A DNA stretch of 64,000 nucleotides, taken from contig CAZFNX010000002.1 of the NCBI GenBank assembly GCA_964520195.1, forward strand, positions 2,884-66,883, in the 5' to 3' direction. The notes under the pieces are model-generated. The model was not told the DNA's origin. It searched no databases and was given only the letters and a program-made list of their open reading frames with translations. Both the position numbers and the translations under genes were made by a program. Source of the stretch: an uncultured Candidatus Saccharibacteria bacterium. Lineage in GTDB: Bacteria; Patescibacteriota; Minisyncoccia; Phycocordibacterales; CAIZLB01. Below, in pieces: positions 9,549 through 18,568 of this stretch (positions within the stretch are counted from its first letter, which is position 1; the number at the start of each line of letters is the position of its first letter).

Positions 9549-9824
9549 TTATTTTCTCTTGAGCTTATACACCTTTAATATTTCCTCCTTGGCTTTTGTC
9601 GCCTCTCCTGTAGTCATTTGTTTTGATACACAACAATCCAAGTGATTCTCGAGCAAGATATCTTCGACGTTAGACAACGCTTGCTTAACCGCCGAAGTCT
9701 GGGTGATGACATCTATACAGTATTCATCCGCTTCAATCATTTTTTGAAGGCCTCTCACTTGACCCTCGATGAGCTTGAGGCGACGGACAACTTTGTCCTT
9801 GCTATTTTTTTCTGTGTATTTCAT
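9549..9824 (-). CDS. csoR: CsoR/RcnR-family copper-sensing transcriptional repressor
   Basis: LKLIEGQVRGLQKMIEADEYCIDVITQTSAVKQAL matches the CsoR signature including the Cu-ligand Cys. First gene of the copper operon. Confidence 0.85.
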   Translation of the reverse strand: MKYTEKNSKDKVVRRLKLIEGQVRGLQKMIEADEYCIDVITQTSAVKQALSNVEDILLENHLDCCVSKQMTTGEATKAKEEILKVYKLKRK

Positions 9825-9833
9825 ATACAGATA

Positions 9834-9862
9834 ATTGTATACCCCTAGGGGGTATCAGTCAA
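9834..9862 (-). promoter_or_regulatory. Sigma70-type promoter of csoR-copA with embedded CsoR operator
   Basis: Read on the minus strand: TTGACT - 17 nt - TACAAT, ending 9 nt before the csoR ATG. The 17-nt spacer is the near-perfect inverted repeat ATACCCCTAGGGGGTAT (plus strand 9837..9856 GTATACCCCTAGGGGGTATC), very similar to the B. subtilis copZA CsoR operator. Confidence 0.55.
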
Positions 9863-10073
9863 TAAGAGTAAGCCCCTTGTCCTTGTACACAATCTTACTT
9901 CTTAAGTTCGCCAGTAGCTCTCGTTTCTCCGTCACAGCACCCTCTTTCAGTATGTACTTCGCATAGTTTCGTATATCGGTATCCTTTCGATTGCCAACCT
10001 TGTCTGTGCTTCCAAGCACTGATCTCTGGAAGATATTGAATCGTGCAATCTCATCCTCGAGCTTCTGTCTCAT
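9855..10073 (-). CDS. Small hypothetical protein (72 aa)
   Basis: ORF with an ATG start, divergent from the 10083 gene. No recognisable domain; may be a gene fragment. Confidence 0.3.
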   Translation of the reverse strand: MRQKLEDEIARFNIFQRSVLGSTDKVGNRKDTDIRNYAKYILKEGAVTEKRELLANLRSKIVYKDKGLTLID

Positions 10074-10082
10074 GCCAAGCTT

Positions 10083-10718
10083 ATGTATGATTTTGCTATA
10101 ACAGATTTAGGGCGGAAGAAAAAGTTAGAAGAAAATCCGAAGGGCTTTCATCTAGAAGACAAAGGATATACCTGTTGTGTTTGTCACAACTCTGTCTCGG
10201 ATGATCAGACATGGTATGACGAAAACGGTATCAAATGTCTAATCTGTCAGGATGCGTTGGATAAAAAGGTAATTCCACCCTCAGTAGCAAGTGACCATGA
10301 AAGTTGGTATTCCATCCATGATTTTGAAAGTAGTTTCTTTATGAAGCCGAATGCAGTTAGGAGGTTTGTAAAAGAGGGTCTCTTGAAGCCACGAATAATC
10401 AAACACCCTTCAGACCGTATTCACTATCAATTGTTTCTTATAGAAGACAATGAAGGCATCTTGCCTCCCAAAGAAGTAACGAAATGGCCAGTAGTTAAAT
10501 TCCAAAAAGATGGCAAAGATTGGTATCACTCAGAACCTTGGTTTGTGCATAAAGATCCCAAAGAAGTCTTGGAAGGCTACAAGATACTGGAATACATGTC
10601 GACCTTGAAAGAAAATGAGATAAAGCAGTCATACCCTGATTTAAGCTTTCAGATGCACGAAGGATCGAAGTCTATACTAAAGATTGACTCTATCGATGAA
10701 AAGCCTGACAACCCCTAG
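10083..10718 (+). CDS. Hypothetical protein with N-terminal CxxC...CxxC zinc-ribbon
   Basis: CCVCHNS...CLICQD motif in the first 60 aa; the rest has no recognisable similarity. Followed by a GC-rich stretch and a terminator. Confidence 0.45.
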   Translation: MYDFAITDLGRKKKLEENPKGFHLEDKGYTCCVCHNSVSDDQTWYDENGIKCLICQDALDKKVIPPSVASDHESWYSIHDFESSFFMKPNAVRRFVKEGLLKPRIIKHPSDRIHYQLFLIEDNEGILPPKEVTKWPVVKFQKDGKDWYHSEPWFVHKDPKEVLEGYKILEYMSTLKENEIKQSYPDLSFQMHEGSKSILKIDSIDEKPDNP

Positions 10719-10889
10719 AAGAGGAGGTCGAAAGTGAGCCAGAAAAGGAATAGGGCTTCAGGTGTCTCATTTTACGAAAACGGGATAGCGACTCGCTTGC
10801 CTCAAACGACCACGCCCAAACATGCTAGAATACCCTTACAAGGCCTTAGAGCGTGGGTACTTAACTCACATGGCCCGCATTGCGAAACG

Positions 10890-10920
10890 AAACATGCACT
10901 TGTGGCATGTTTTTGTTTTG
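10890..10920 (+). terminator. Rho-independent terminator
   Basis: ACATGC-acttgtg-GCATGT stem-loop followed by TTTTGTTTTG. Confidence 0.5.
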
Positions 10921-11126
10921 CAACTAGATAGAGAGATTCGAAAAGCTTTTCTATGTTTTGAGAATCGGAAGGATTCGATAAAACAAGAAAAGGTGTACTG
11001 ACCGTGTAATGGTCGAATCACCTCCTATATTTTAAGAAAAAAACCATGCTATCATAAAACCATACCCAAAACTCTCCTGAGTTGTGCAGTCAGAGAGTGA
11101 TTATTAAAAATAATTTTAATCACAAC

Positions 11127-12113
11127 ATGCAATATTTAAAAAAATATAGTAATTTTTTTGTATCCACATTAGCAACTCTTACCCTTCTCATCCCGACCCT
11201 TGCCTCTGCACACGTAAAATGGTTTGCTACAGCTCATGAGTACGTTCGACCATATCAACTCACTGACACACCTGTCATAGCTTCAATACTTATAGTCTTA
11301 CTTATACTATCAATCGGAGTATATCTCGAAAAAAAATTATCAGTTCCAACATGGTACAAACGATTTATTGAAACGTCTGCACCAACTATTCTCTCTATAG
11401 CAAGTATTGGTTTTGGTCTTTCATATCTTATTTTCTCATATAAAGGCTTTGTCTTTGCTCCAAATCTCCCCGCACTAGGCACTGTTGGAACTTTTCTATT
11501 AGCAATCCAAGCACTTGCTGGTATTATGATCCTTTTTGGATTTTATGAACGACTTGGTGGATTATTACTGATTCTTCTTTATATACTCTGTGTTAAAGAA
11601 TACGGATTTACTAGCATGATGGATACATTTGAAATGGTCGGCTTCGCCTTTTATGCCATGATTATTGGTCGACCAAAATGGAAAATTACAGAATCTGAAT
11701 CAATGAATAAAATCATGCACCACTTTCATAAGTATGGTGTATCAATTCTTCGAATCGGAACTGGAATCAATCTTCTCATTCTTGGTTTCTCAGAAAAAAT
11801 TCTCTCACCATCACTCACACAAGCCTTTCTTGAAAAATATGATTGGAACTTTATGCATCACTTCTTTGGGTTAACGTGGTTTAGTGATTATTGGTTTGCG
11901 TATTCTGCCGGTGTTGTAGAATCTCTCTTTGGTATATTTCTTATCCTCGGACTTGTCACACGTCTCACTATCGTTGCCTTGGCGGTATTTCTAGTGACAA
12001 CACTTATCTTACTTGGTCCTGTTGAGCTTATAGGACATTTACCTCACTTCTCTATCGCTGCAGTACTTCTTGTGTTTGGTGCTGGATCTGTGATGCATAT
12101 GAAGAAAGACTAG
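11127..12113 (+). CDS. Polytopic integral membrane protein (hypothetical)
   Basis: 8-9 predicted TM helices. Start taken at MQYLKKYS, the internal ATG of the track ORF. Confidence 0.5.
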   Translation: MQYLKKYSNFFVSTLATLTLLIPTLASAHVKWFATAHEYVRPYQLTDTPVIASILIVLLILSIGVYLEKKLSVPTWYKRFIETSAPTILSIASIGFGLSYLIFSYKGFVFAPNLPALGTVGTFLLAIQALAGIMILFGFYERLGGLLLILLYILCVKEYGFTSMMDTFEMVGFAFYAMIIGRPKWKITESESMNKIMHHFHKYGVSILRIGTGINLLILGFSEKILSPSLTQAFLEKYDWNFMHHFFGLTWFSDYWFAYSAGVVESLFGIFLILGLVTRLTIVALAVFLVTTLILLGPVELIGHLPHFSIAAVLLVFGAGSVMHMKKD

Positions 12114-12643
12114 TCCAACAACTCCTCCAACTTCCTCACAGTATTAATATTACGAGCGGTCATGTGTTTATAGATTTTTGTCCCTATAAACTTCTGCATG
12201 CCGCTTTTCTTATAATCATCTCGTGATACATTCCACACAATCGCTCCATCAACATATGTTACTGTATCCACTTCTGTTGTTGTAATAAGATCAATACTTT
12301 TCTCTGAGTCATACGCTTCCCACAAAAACAATACATCTGTTCTTTGCTCTGTATCATTTGTCCACTCTTGAGGAATCGTCTTGCAGATTTTTTTAATATT
12401 TTTTGCAGTACGAATTACGATTTTAATTTCAAATCCAAAAGTTTTTTTGAGAGCTTTTTCTATCTGTTGTTCTATCTCTCGTGTATCAGATACATCAGTA
12501 GAAAATATGACATTGCCAGTATTGATATATGTAGACACATCTGAAAAACCCAAAGACTCAAAAACTTTTTTAAGCTTTGGCATTTCCACTTTATTATTAC
12601 CACCAACATTTATTCCTCGAAGGAGTGCAACGTATGTACTCAT
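12110..12643 (-). CDS. DUF1697 family protein
   Basis: MSTYVALLRGINVGGNNKVEMPKLKKVFESLGF is the characteristic DUF1697 N-terminus. Confidence 0.75.
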   Translation of the reverse strand: MSTYVALLRGINVGGNNKVEMPKLKKVFESLGFSDVSTYINTGNVIFSTDVSDTREIEQQIEKALKKTFGFEIKIVIRTAKNIKKICKTIPQEWTNDTEQRTDVLFLWEAYDSEKSIDLITTTEVDTVTYVDGAIVWNVSRDDYKKSGMQKFIGTKIYKHMTARNINTVRKLEELLD

Positions 12644-12646
12644 GAT

Positions 12647-13030
12647 TTATTTAGCATTCTCATCTGGTTGAAATAATCCAAACACATTATTATCTGGATC
12701 TACAAAATATCCCTGCCAACATGAACCAGGAACAGCAAACTTAGGCATAGCTACCTTTCCTCCTTTCTCTAATATTTTTCCCGCAACCGCATCAAAATCT
12801 AAAACTTTTATAGAGCATGTAAATGCGTTAGTACCGTATTCTAATGGAGGCACAGCTACTGGACGTTTTAAAATAGCCCCTCGTATACCTTCCGTTTCAA
12901 TACGATAATATTCAATAGGTATATGTTCATCTTTTGTACACACCCATCCAAAGATAGATGTATAAAAATCAACCAATACCTTTGGTTCAGACGCTTGTAT
13001 TTCAAAATATGCAACTATGTTTGTATTCAT
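12647..13030 (-). CDS. VOC-family (glyoxalase/bleomycin-resistance fold) protein
   Basis: ~125 aa. The AYFEI...FYTSIFGW...YFVDPDNNVFGL pattern is typical of the glyoxalase-like domain. Confidence 0.7.
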   Translation of the reverse strand: MNTNIVAYFEIQASEPKVLVDFYTSIFGWVCTKDEHIPIEYYRIETEGIRGAILKRPVAVPPLEYGTNAFTCSIKVLDFDAVAGKILEKGGKVAMPKFAVPGSCWQGYFVDPDNNVFGLFQPDENAK

Positions 13031-13041
13031 ATGTATATATA

Positions 13042-13512
13042 TTATTTTACACTATTAAAAGCCTCTTCTAGTTTTGCAACATCAAACTTTTTCATTTGTA
13101 GAAATGCTTGAGTTATAGCTTTTCGTTGCGCATCAGTACTCTTTGACATCAAATCACCTAATGCACTAGGAACAACTTGCCATGACAATCCATACTTATC
13201 TTTACACCATCCACATTGACTTTCACTTCCTCCGTTTGTTGTAAGCTTATTCCAATAATAATCAACCTCTTCTTGATTTTCACAACTAATCATAAAAGAT
13301 ATAGCTTCAGTAAACTGAAACATTGGACCAGCCGTCATAAGACTCAATCGTTGTCCGAAGATGGTCAATGTCGCCATCTCAACATCACCAGACGGTGTGT
13401 CAGAAAGTTCCCCATCACTTTCCACTGTTGCATCAGGAAAAATAGATAGATAATACTCTGTAATCTCTTTCAGGTTTTTATCAAACCATAAAAATGGGGT
13501 TATTTTATTCAT
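13042..13512 (-). CDS. VOC-family protein, PhnB/3-demethylubiquinone-9 methyltransferase-like domain
   Basis: MNKITPFLWFDKNLKEITEYY...GLSWQVVP resembles PhnB-like proteins. Start trimmed to the internal ATG at 13512, because the upstream part of the track ORF overlaps the next gene. Confidence 0.65.
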   Translation of the reverse strand: MNKITPFLWFDKNLKEITEYYLSIFPDATVESDGELSDTPSGDVEMATLTIFGQRLSLMTAGPMFQFTEAISFMISCENQEEVDYYWNKLTTNGGSESQCGWCKDKYGLSWQVVPSALGDLMSKSTDAQRKAITQAFLQMKKFDVAKLEEAFNSVK

Positions 13513-13519
13513 AGTTCTA

Positions 13520-14023
13520 TTATAGCACCCTACTATCATACGCCCAATGAAGCAACGCTTGTCGTTGTCTTGGACGACACGCTGTATCTCCTCTTCTACA
13601 TGCACCTTGTAGCCATCGAATATGTCTAGCCATATTAACCCAACGCTTTATCTGTCGCTCATCATCCTCATGTCTTCGTCCCATATAATACCGACAATAC
13701 CATTGAAACCAACCTCGTGGATCATCTTTATGAATCCATCCTTTTCGTCTCCACTCTGCAAGTGATTGACTTGCTTTCACTTTAAAATAGTTTATTTTTT
13801 TATCATATCTTTTTGGACTCAACTTCGCATTCACAAACCAATCATGAGGAAACTCGTGAACACAGTCAGTCATGTATTTACCACCAAAAACACCGAGAGA
13901 CAACATCTCTTTCGGTGTAAGCATTGGTTTAAATCGTGGATCAAAATTTTTCCCTACTTTTTCAGTCAGAGTATATGTATACCCATCTTGCATCTTGTCA
14001 TGTACGGATATTTTCTTAGACAT
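13520..14023 (-). CDS. Conserved hypothetical protein (Trp-rich, DPRGWFQWYCRYYMGRR motif)
   Basis: ORF with start at MSKKISVHDK (ATG at 14023). No family assigned from sequence alone. GC-rich C-terminal coding segment. Confidence 0.4.
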   Translation of the reverse strand: MSKKISVHDKMQDGYTYTLTEKVGKNFDPRFKPMLTPKEMLSLGVFGGKYMTDCVHEFPHDWFVNAKLSPKRYDKKINYFKVKASQSLAEWRRKGWIHKDDPRGWFQWYCRYYMGRRHEDDERQIKRWVNMARHIRWLQGACRRGDTACRPRQRQALLHWAYDSRVL

Positions 14024-14027
14024 ATCC

Positions 14028-14444
14028 TTACATACTTGCAATGATTGCACCCATAACAGCAAATACAACTCCTGAAGAAACAACTTCAAACAGCCATAGT
14101 TTTGGAGATCTTCCCATCCAGATAACATCCATAGATGTAGCTGTTACTGTAAATCCAAACCAAACTGTTAACCCAACACATATACCACCAAGAGCACCCT
14201 CAGCTATATATGCAGAATCAATCGCATACAGATATACAACTGCAAGAGCAACAGCAGTGAACATATTTGCAAGAATATTCCACAACATTTGAGGCACCAT
14301 ATCTGAAAATTTTTCATTGCCTGTTGGATGAATATGAGCCAACTTCATCCATAGTTTTCCAAACAGTGGACCGTGAAATAAAAAACCTACAACAAAAGCC
14401 GCGAGAGCAGCAACAAGTACTGCAATAAAGTTGATTGACAACAT
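14028..14444 (-). CDS. DUF1761 family membrane protein
   Basis: MLSINFIAVLVAALAAFVVGFLFHGPLFGKLW is the typical DUF1761 N-terminus; 4 TM helices. Confidence 0.7.
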   Translation of the reverse strand: MLSINFIAVLVAALAAFVVGFLFHGPLFGKLWMKLAHIHPTGNEKFSDMVPQMLWNILANMFTAVALAVVYLYAIDSAYIAEGALGGICVGLTVWFGFTVTATSMDVIWMGRSPKLWLFEVVSSGVVFAVMGAIIASM

Positions 14445-14518
14445 ATGATTATATTAAATTAAGATTAAAGATTAATAAAGTATTATCAAAAGTTCTACAT
14501 ATAGTATACTACATTTAT

Positions 14519-15034
14519 ATGGAACCAACTATTGAAGAACTAAAAAAGACATATCCTGATATTGATATAAATATGACTGGTGAATCAGACTCCTTTAAGG
14601 AAGGTCTCCCTATCGTAGAACGTGATCCTATTGCAGTTATTATTAAACATCCAACTGAAAATTCATATCTTATATCACAATGGAAAAAATCAGCCTGGAA
14701 TGGTTTCTTAACTGGTGGCATAGAGAATGGAGACACTCTCGAAAAAACTGTTGCGAAAGAGATTCGTGAAGAAACTGGTTTTACACACATCAAAACCATC
14801 AAAGACATGCATTTTGTTTCTCATGGATTATTTTTCCATCCAATCAAACAAGTTAACCGTCTCGCCCACTATCACTTGATTTTTGTAGAACTTGCCAACC
14901 TTGAGCATGTTGAGGTTTCAGAAGAAGAAAAAGCCATTGCTGATTTTATTTGGGTTCCACGAGAAGAAGTTCGAGTACTGCTTACACGAAACGACATGAA
15001 GCTATTGTGGGATTTTTATATTAGAAATGTATAA
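14519..15034 (+). CDS. NUDIX hydrolase
   Basis: Nudix box GIENGDTLEKTVAKEIREETGF (GX5EX7REUXEEXGU). Start set at MEPTIEEL. Confidence 0.7.
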   Translation: MEPTIEELKKTYPDIDINMTGESDSFKEGLPIVERDPIAVIIKHPTENSYLISQWKKSAWNGFLTGGIENGDTLEKTVAKEIREETGFTHIKTIKDMHFVSHGLFFHPIKQVNRLAHYHLIFVELANLEHVEVSEEEKAIADFIWVPREEVRVLLTRNDMKLLWDFYIRNV

Positions 15035-15037
15035 TAT

Positions 15038-16696
15038 TTACTCATTCTTCTTTCGAATAGCATTTCGAATATCTTGAAATGTTCCTCCAACTTTTTTCCC
15101 TGGATTAAATATATTTGCTGGATCAAATATATCTTTAGTCTGTTTAAACAATGCAACAATCTCATCACCAAACTGTTGTCGCAAGTATGGTGTTCGAATA
15201 ATACCATCATTATGCTCTGCCGTAATCGATCCTTTATACTCATGAACAAGTGTATACATTTTTTCAGAAAGTTCTAGGATAACATCCGCAGAAAATGGTG
15301 AATTCAAATCCATAAGTGGAATAAGGTGAAAATTTCCATTTCCAAGATGACCTTGAATAGTGTAATCCAACTTATATGCATCAAGTAATGCTTTTACCTT
15401 AGGCATAAACTCAGGCAACATCTCAGGCTTTACAATAATATCATCTATAAATGGAGCAGTTCTTTTACCTTTAGTATGTTTACGAAGTAGGTTGAAACTT
15501 TCATGACGTATGCGCCAATATTTATCAGCTTCAGTACTTGATGATGCAATATGCATCTTGTATCCAAAATGTTCTATGTGATTATACACTCTAATTAAAT
15601 CCTCTTTTACTTGTTCTTCAGTTTGTCCTGTAAACTCTATCATGAGAATAAGCTTAGGAACTCCACCAGACACAATCATCCACGACTCAGGTATAAATTG
15701 AAAACCAAGTTTCAGAGCTCCCCAAAATCCCATCTGCTTGAAAAAATCAAAAAAGAATCGCACAGCCAAAATCAAACTCTTATCATCAAACGTCTCAAGA
15801 CTATCAGGTTTAAATGGCACAATTTCTTTTACTAACTCACTGACATTTGCAAGTGATGGTAAAAATACTGCAAGAATGTTTGAGTATGGCTCAGTTGGCA
15901 CAAGTTTAAACGTAATCTCAGTCACAATACCAAGTGTTCCTTGTGAACCAACAATCACCTGACATAGATCAAACATACCTGTAGTCTTATCATATACATT
16001 CCACAGATAGTACCCTGCTGAGTTTTTAGATACATCAGGTTTTGCAGCGATAATCTTTTCATAATTATCAACTATCAATGTATATATTTTTTTATATAAC
16101 TCCTGTTCAAAAGATGATGTTTCCTTAATCTTTTTCTCCAACTCTTCTTTAGTAAGTTTTTTTATTTCATACTCATTTCCATCTGACAAAACAACCTTGA
16201 GAGCATTGATATAGTTTTCTGTTTTACCATACTTAATAGCCTTCTCTCCTCCACTATTGTTTCCAACCATTCCTCCAACTGCATTGATCTCCCTTGATGC
16301 AGTAAAGGCTGGCATATATCGGTTTATCTTTTTTGTTGCTTTATCAAAGTCACGATAGAAACATCCAGGCTCAACAACAGCATATGTATCTTCTACCTGT
16401 TTAATAGCATTCATATATCGAGTCACATCCATGATAATACTATTTCCAATAGATCCACCTGACATATCAGTTCCTGCCGAACGTGGAGTGATAGAGAGTG
16501 TAGGATTTTCTTTTTTATGTTCACTCACCCATCGAACAAGAGTTTTTACATCATCTGCGTTTTTAGGATAGACCACTACCTGCGGACGTATTTCAAAAAG
16601 ACTGGCGTCATGCGAGTATTCTGTTAAAGTTTCTTCTTTGATATCTATATCACCGAGAAATAATGGTTTGAGGGTTTGGAAGATGTTGTTGGGCAT
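15038..16696 (-). CDS. FAD-linked oxidase (GlcD / D-lactate dehydrogenase family)
   Basis: N-terminal FAD_binding_4-type region (RSAGTDMSGGSIGNSIIMD...VEPGC) and a C-terminal FAD-oxidase_C-like region. 552 aa. Confidence 0.8.
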   Translation of the reverse strand: MPNNIFQTLKPLFLGDIDIKEETLTEYSHDASLFEIRPQVVVYPKNADDVKTLVRWVSEHKKENPTLSITPRSAGTDMSGGSIGNSIIMDVTRYMNAIKQVEDTYAVVEPGCFYRDFDKATKKINRYMPAFTASREINAVGGMVGNNSGGEKAIKYGKTENYINALKVVLSDGNEYEIKKLTKEELEKKIKETSSFEQELYKKIYTLIVDNYEKIIAAKPDVSKNSAGYYLWNVYDKTTGMFDLCQVIVGSQGTLGIVTEITFKLVPTEPYSNILAVFLPSLANVSELVKEIVPFKPDSLETFDDKSLILAVRFFFDFFKQMGFWGALKLGFQFIPESWMIVSGGVPKLILMIEFTGQTEEQVKEDLIRVYNHIEHFGYKMHIASSSTEADKYWRIRHESFNLLRKHTKGKRTAPFIDDIIVKPEMLPEFMPKVKALLDAYKLDYTIQGHLGNGNFHLIPLMDLNSPFSADVILELSEKMYTLVHEYKGSITAEHNDGIIRTPYLRQQFGDEIVALFKQTKDIFDPANIFNPGKKVGGTFQDIRNAIRKKNE

Positions 16697-16816
16697 GTAG
16701 GAAGTATAACATGAAGACTTATCCTATATATTGCATAAAAAATCCGCCGACCACCAGTAGGCAGTAAGCGGAGAGGCTAAATCTACAGTAAAATACTGTC
16801 ACACCCCAGGAACCAC

Positions 16817-17467
16817 CTATTCCTGAAGACATAGATCATCAACACCATGTTCATTATTAAGACAAAACCACGAAATATGTGGAACGCGTGTTGCACAAAA
16901 AAATGGAACCTCAAGAATCCCCAGATTGTTTCGGACAACATCACGATATCCATACAGACGTTTATCATCATCTGTATCCATAGCCCAATCCTTGAAGGCA
17001 GGAGGAAGGGTAGCCCAGTTGGCGACCATATACTCCAGCTCCTTCAGACCAAAGTGACCTTGGATGGCATCGCCAGGGGCAACGACATACATTTGACCAG
17101 CCTTGTCTTCTCCGACTTTGTAGCTGGAAACCAAGACGGCCAAGACTTCATGCCCGTTGCCACCGAGTTGGCAAGGATGGCACAAGGTATTGCTCATGAT
17201 TGCAGCGAAGTTAATCGATTTTGATTCACGAATATCCCCGGTCAGGATGCGACCTCTCGACCAGTCTGGGAACTTGGACTCAGGAAGATCGACGATCGAG
17301 ACAGGAGGATACGTCCGTTGAGAATAGTCGGCAATGAACTCACCGAAGCGAATCCACATTTCAGGATCTTTGAGAAAGAGCTTAAATCCGTCTTCATCGA
17401 GACTTGCCGGATTCAGGCCAGTGGCGGTCAAAGCGATAAACTGATCTTTTTGCGATTGAGTTGCCAT
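16817..17467 (-). CDS. Hypothetical protein in a GC-rich (~50% GC) island
   Basis: Intact 216-aa ORF whose base composition differs strongly from its neighbours. No recognisable domain. Confidence 0.4.
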   Translation of the reverse strand: MATQSQKDQFIALTATGLNPASLDEDGFKLFLKDPEMWIRFGEFIADYSQRTYPPVSIVDLPESKFPDWSRGRILTGDIRESKSINFAAIMSNTLCHPCQLGGNGHEVLAVLVSSYKVGEDKAGQMYVVAPGDAIQGHFGLKELEYMVANWATLPPAFKDWAMDTDDDKRLYGYRDVVRNNLGILEVPFFCATRVPHISWFCLNNEHGVDDLCLQE

Positions 17468-17570
17468 AGGTTTGCAAGAGGGTTACTAGATTCTCTTAAA
17501 AAGATTTAGTTCTCTATAAGCCCACACTCAAGGTGTGCGACTGTAGAGAAGATAATTTTTTATGATGTTG

Positions 17571-17623
17571 TTCGCCTCAGCTATTTCTATCCGATATAAT
17601 AAGTTAGAAATAGCTGAGGCGAA
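17571..17623. repeat. Perfect 19-bp inverted repeat with 15-nt spacer (stable hairpin / protein-binding palindrome)
   Basis: TTCGCCTCAGCTATTTCTA ...15 nt... TAGAAATAGCTGAGGCGAA. Not followed by a T-run. Located upstream of the GC-rich ORF. Confidence 0.5.
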
Positions 17624-17816
17624 TTATATAAGGTACTCCTGAAACCAGGATACATCATATATGCAAAAAGTCAAAAACTTCAACAGTTTACACTCTGTGT
17701 ATTTTTAGGTTTAGAGGAATATGCTAACATATATATGTACAGTATTATAAAATAATTATCACAACACATATTATGAGGAACATCTCAACACCTTGGAATG
17801 AGTAATTCCGCCCAAT

Positions 17817-17846
17817 AAAAAAGCACCTGTTCAGGTGCTTTTTTAA
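17817..17846. terminator. Rho-independent terminator downstream of rnc (bidirectional shape)
   Basis: AAAAGCACCTG-tt-CAGGTGCTTTTTT. Confidence 0.6.
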
Positions 17847-17854
17847 TATAACTA

Positions 17855-18556
17855 TTACCCCCATTTCTTTACCAACAACGCTTTATGTGCAGCCTGTGTC
17901 TCCGCCTCTTGTTTTGATTTTCCTTCTCCATTGGCAACATGTACATCCCCTAAAAACACTCCGACTGTAAACAACTTATCATGATCTGGACCAAACTCTT
18001 TCATAAGCTCATATCGAGGAGTTGTACTTGTATGTTCTTGAGCCATCTCTTGAAATAAACTTTTTGAATCGATAAATTTTTTCTTTTCGATTACTTCATG
18101 TATAAGCACATGCACATGTTCATCTATAAACTTTGACGCCACTTCATATCCTTGATCAAGATATATGGCACCAATAAGTGCTTCAATAGTATTTGCAAGA
18201 ATATACTGTCGAGCACGTCCAGTATCTTTTGCCTCACCTTTTGAAAGAAGTAGATAATTATTCAATCCCATGTTCTCTGCAACAGTTGCGAGAGTTACTG
18301 CATTTACAAGAGCTGATCTATAAGCTGTCATATCACCCTCTGGTTTTTTTGGATATGTTTTATACAAAAAGTTTGTTACAGCAAGTTCAAGCACTGCATC
18401 ACCCAAAAACTCCAGTCTTTCATTGTGTTCAAGACCTGAGTTTCTATGTTCATTAAGATACGATCTATGCGTAAAGGCTTTTGCGAGCAGATGTATATCT
18501 TTGAACTCTAATCCTAATTTTTTTGCTAGTTCGTGAAATTTTTCAATTTTTATCAT
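17855..18556 (-). CDS. rnc: Ribonuclease III
   Basis: ERLEFLGDAVLELAV RNase III signature plus a C-terminal dsRBD. 233 aa. Confidence 0.9.
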   Translation of the reverse strand: MIKIEKFHELAKKLGLEFKDIHLLAKAFTHRSYLNEHRNSGLEHNERLEFLGDAVLELAVTNFLYKTYPKKPEGDMTAYRSALVNAVTLATVAENMGLNNYLLLSKGEAKDTGRARQYILANTIEALIGAIYLDQGYEVASKFIDEHVHVLIHEVIEKKKFIDSKSLFQEMAQEHTSTTPRYELMKEFGPDHDKLFTVGVFLGDVHVANGEGKSKQEAETQAAHKALLVKKWG

Positions 18557-18568
18557 ATGTTTCTATTA

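Noticed and set aside
10734-10931. 65-aa ORF starting at GTG after an AGGAGG-like site
   Set aside because: The amino-acid composition is odd, the region is GC-rich and ends in a terminator, and there is no ATG start. It is more likely a 3'UTR/structured RNA or compositional island than a protein gene; kept only as a note.
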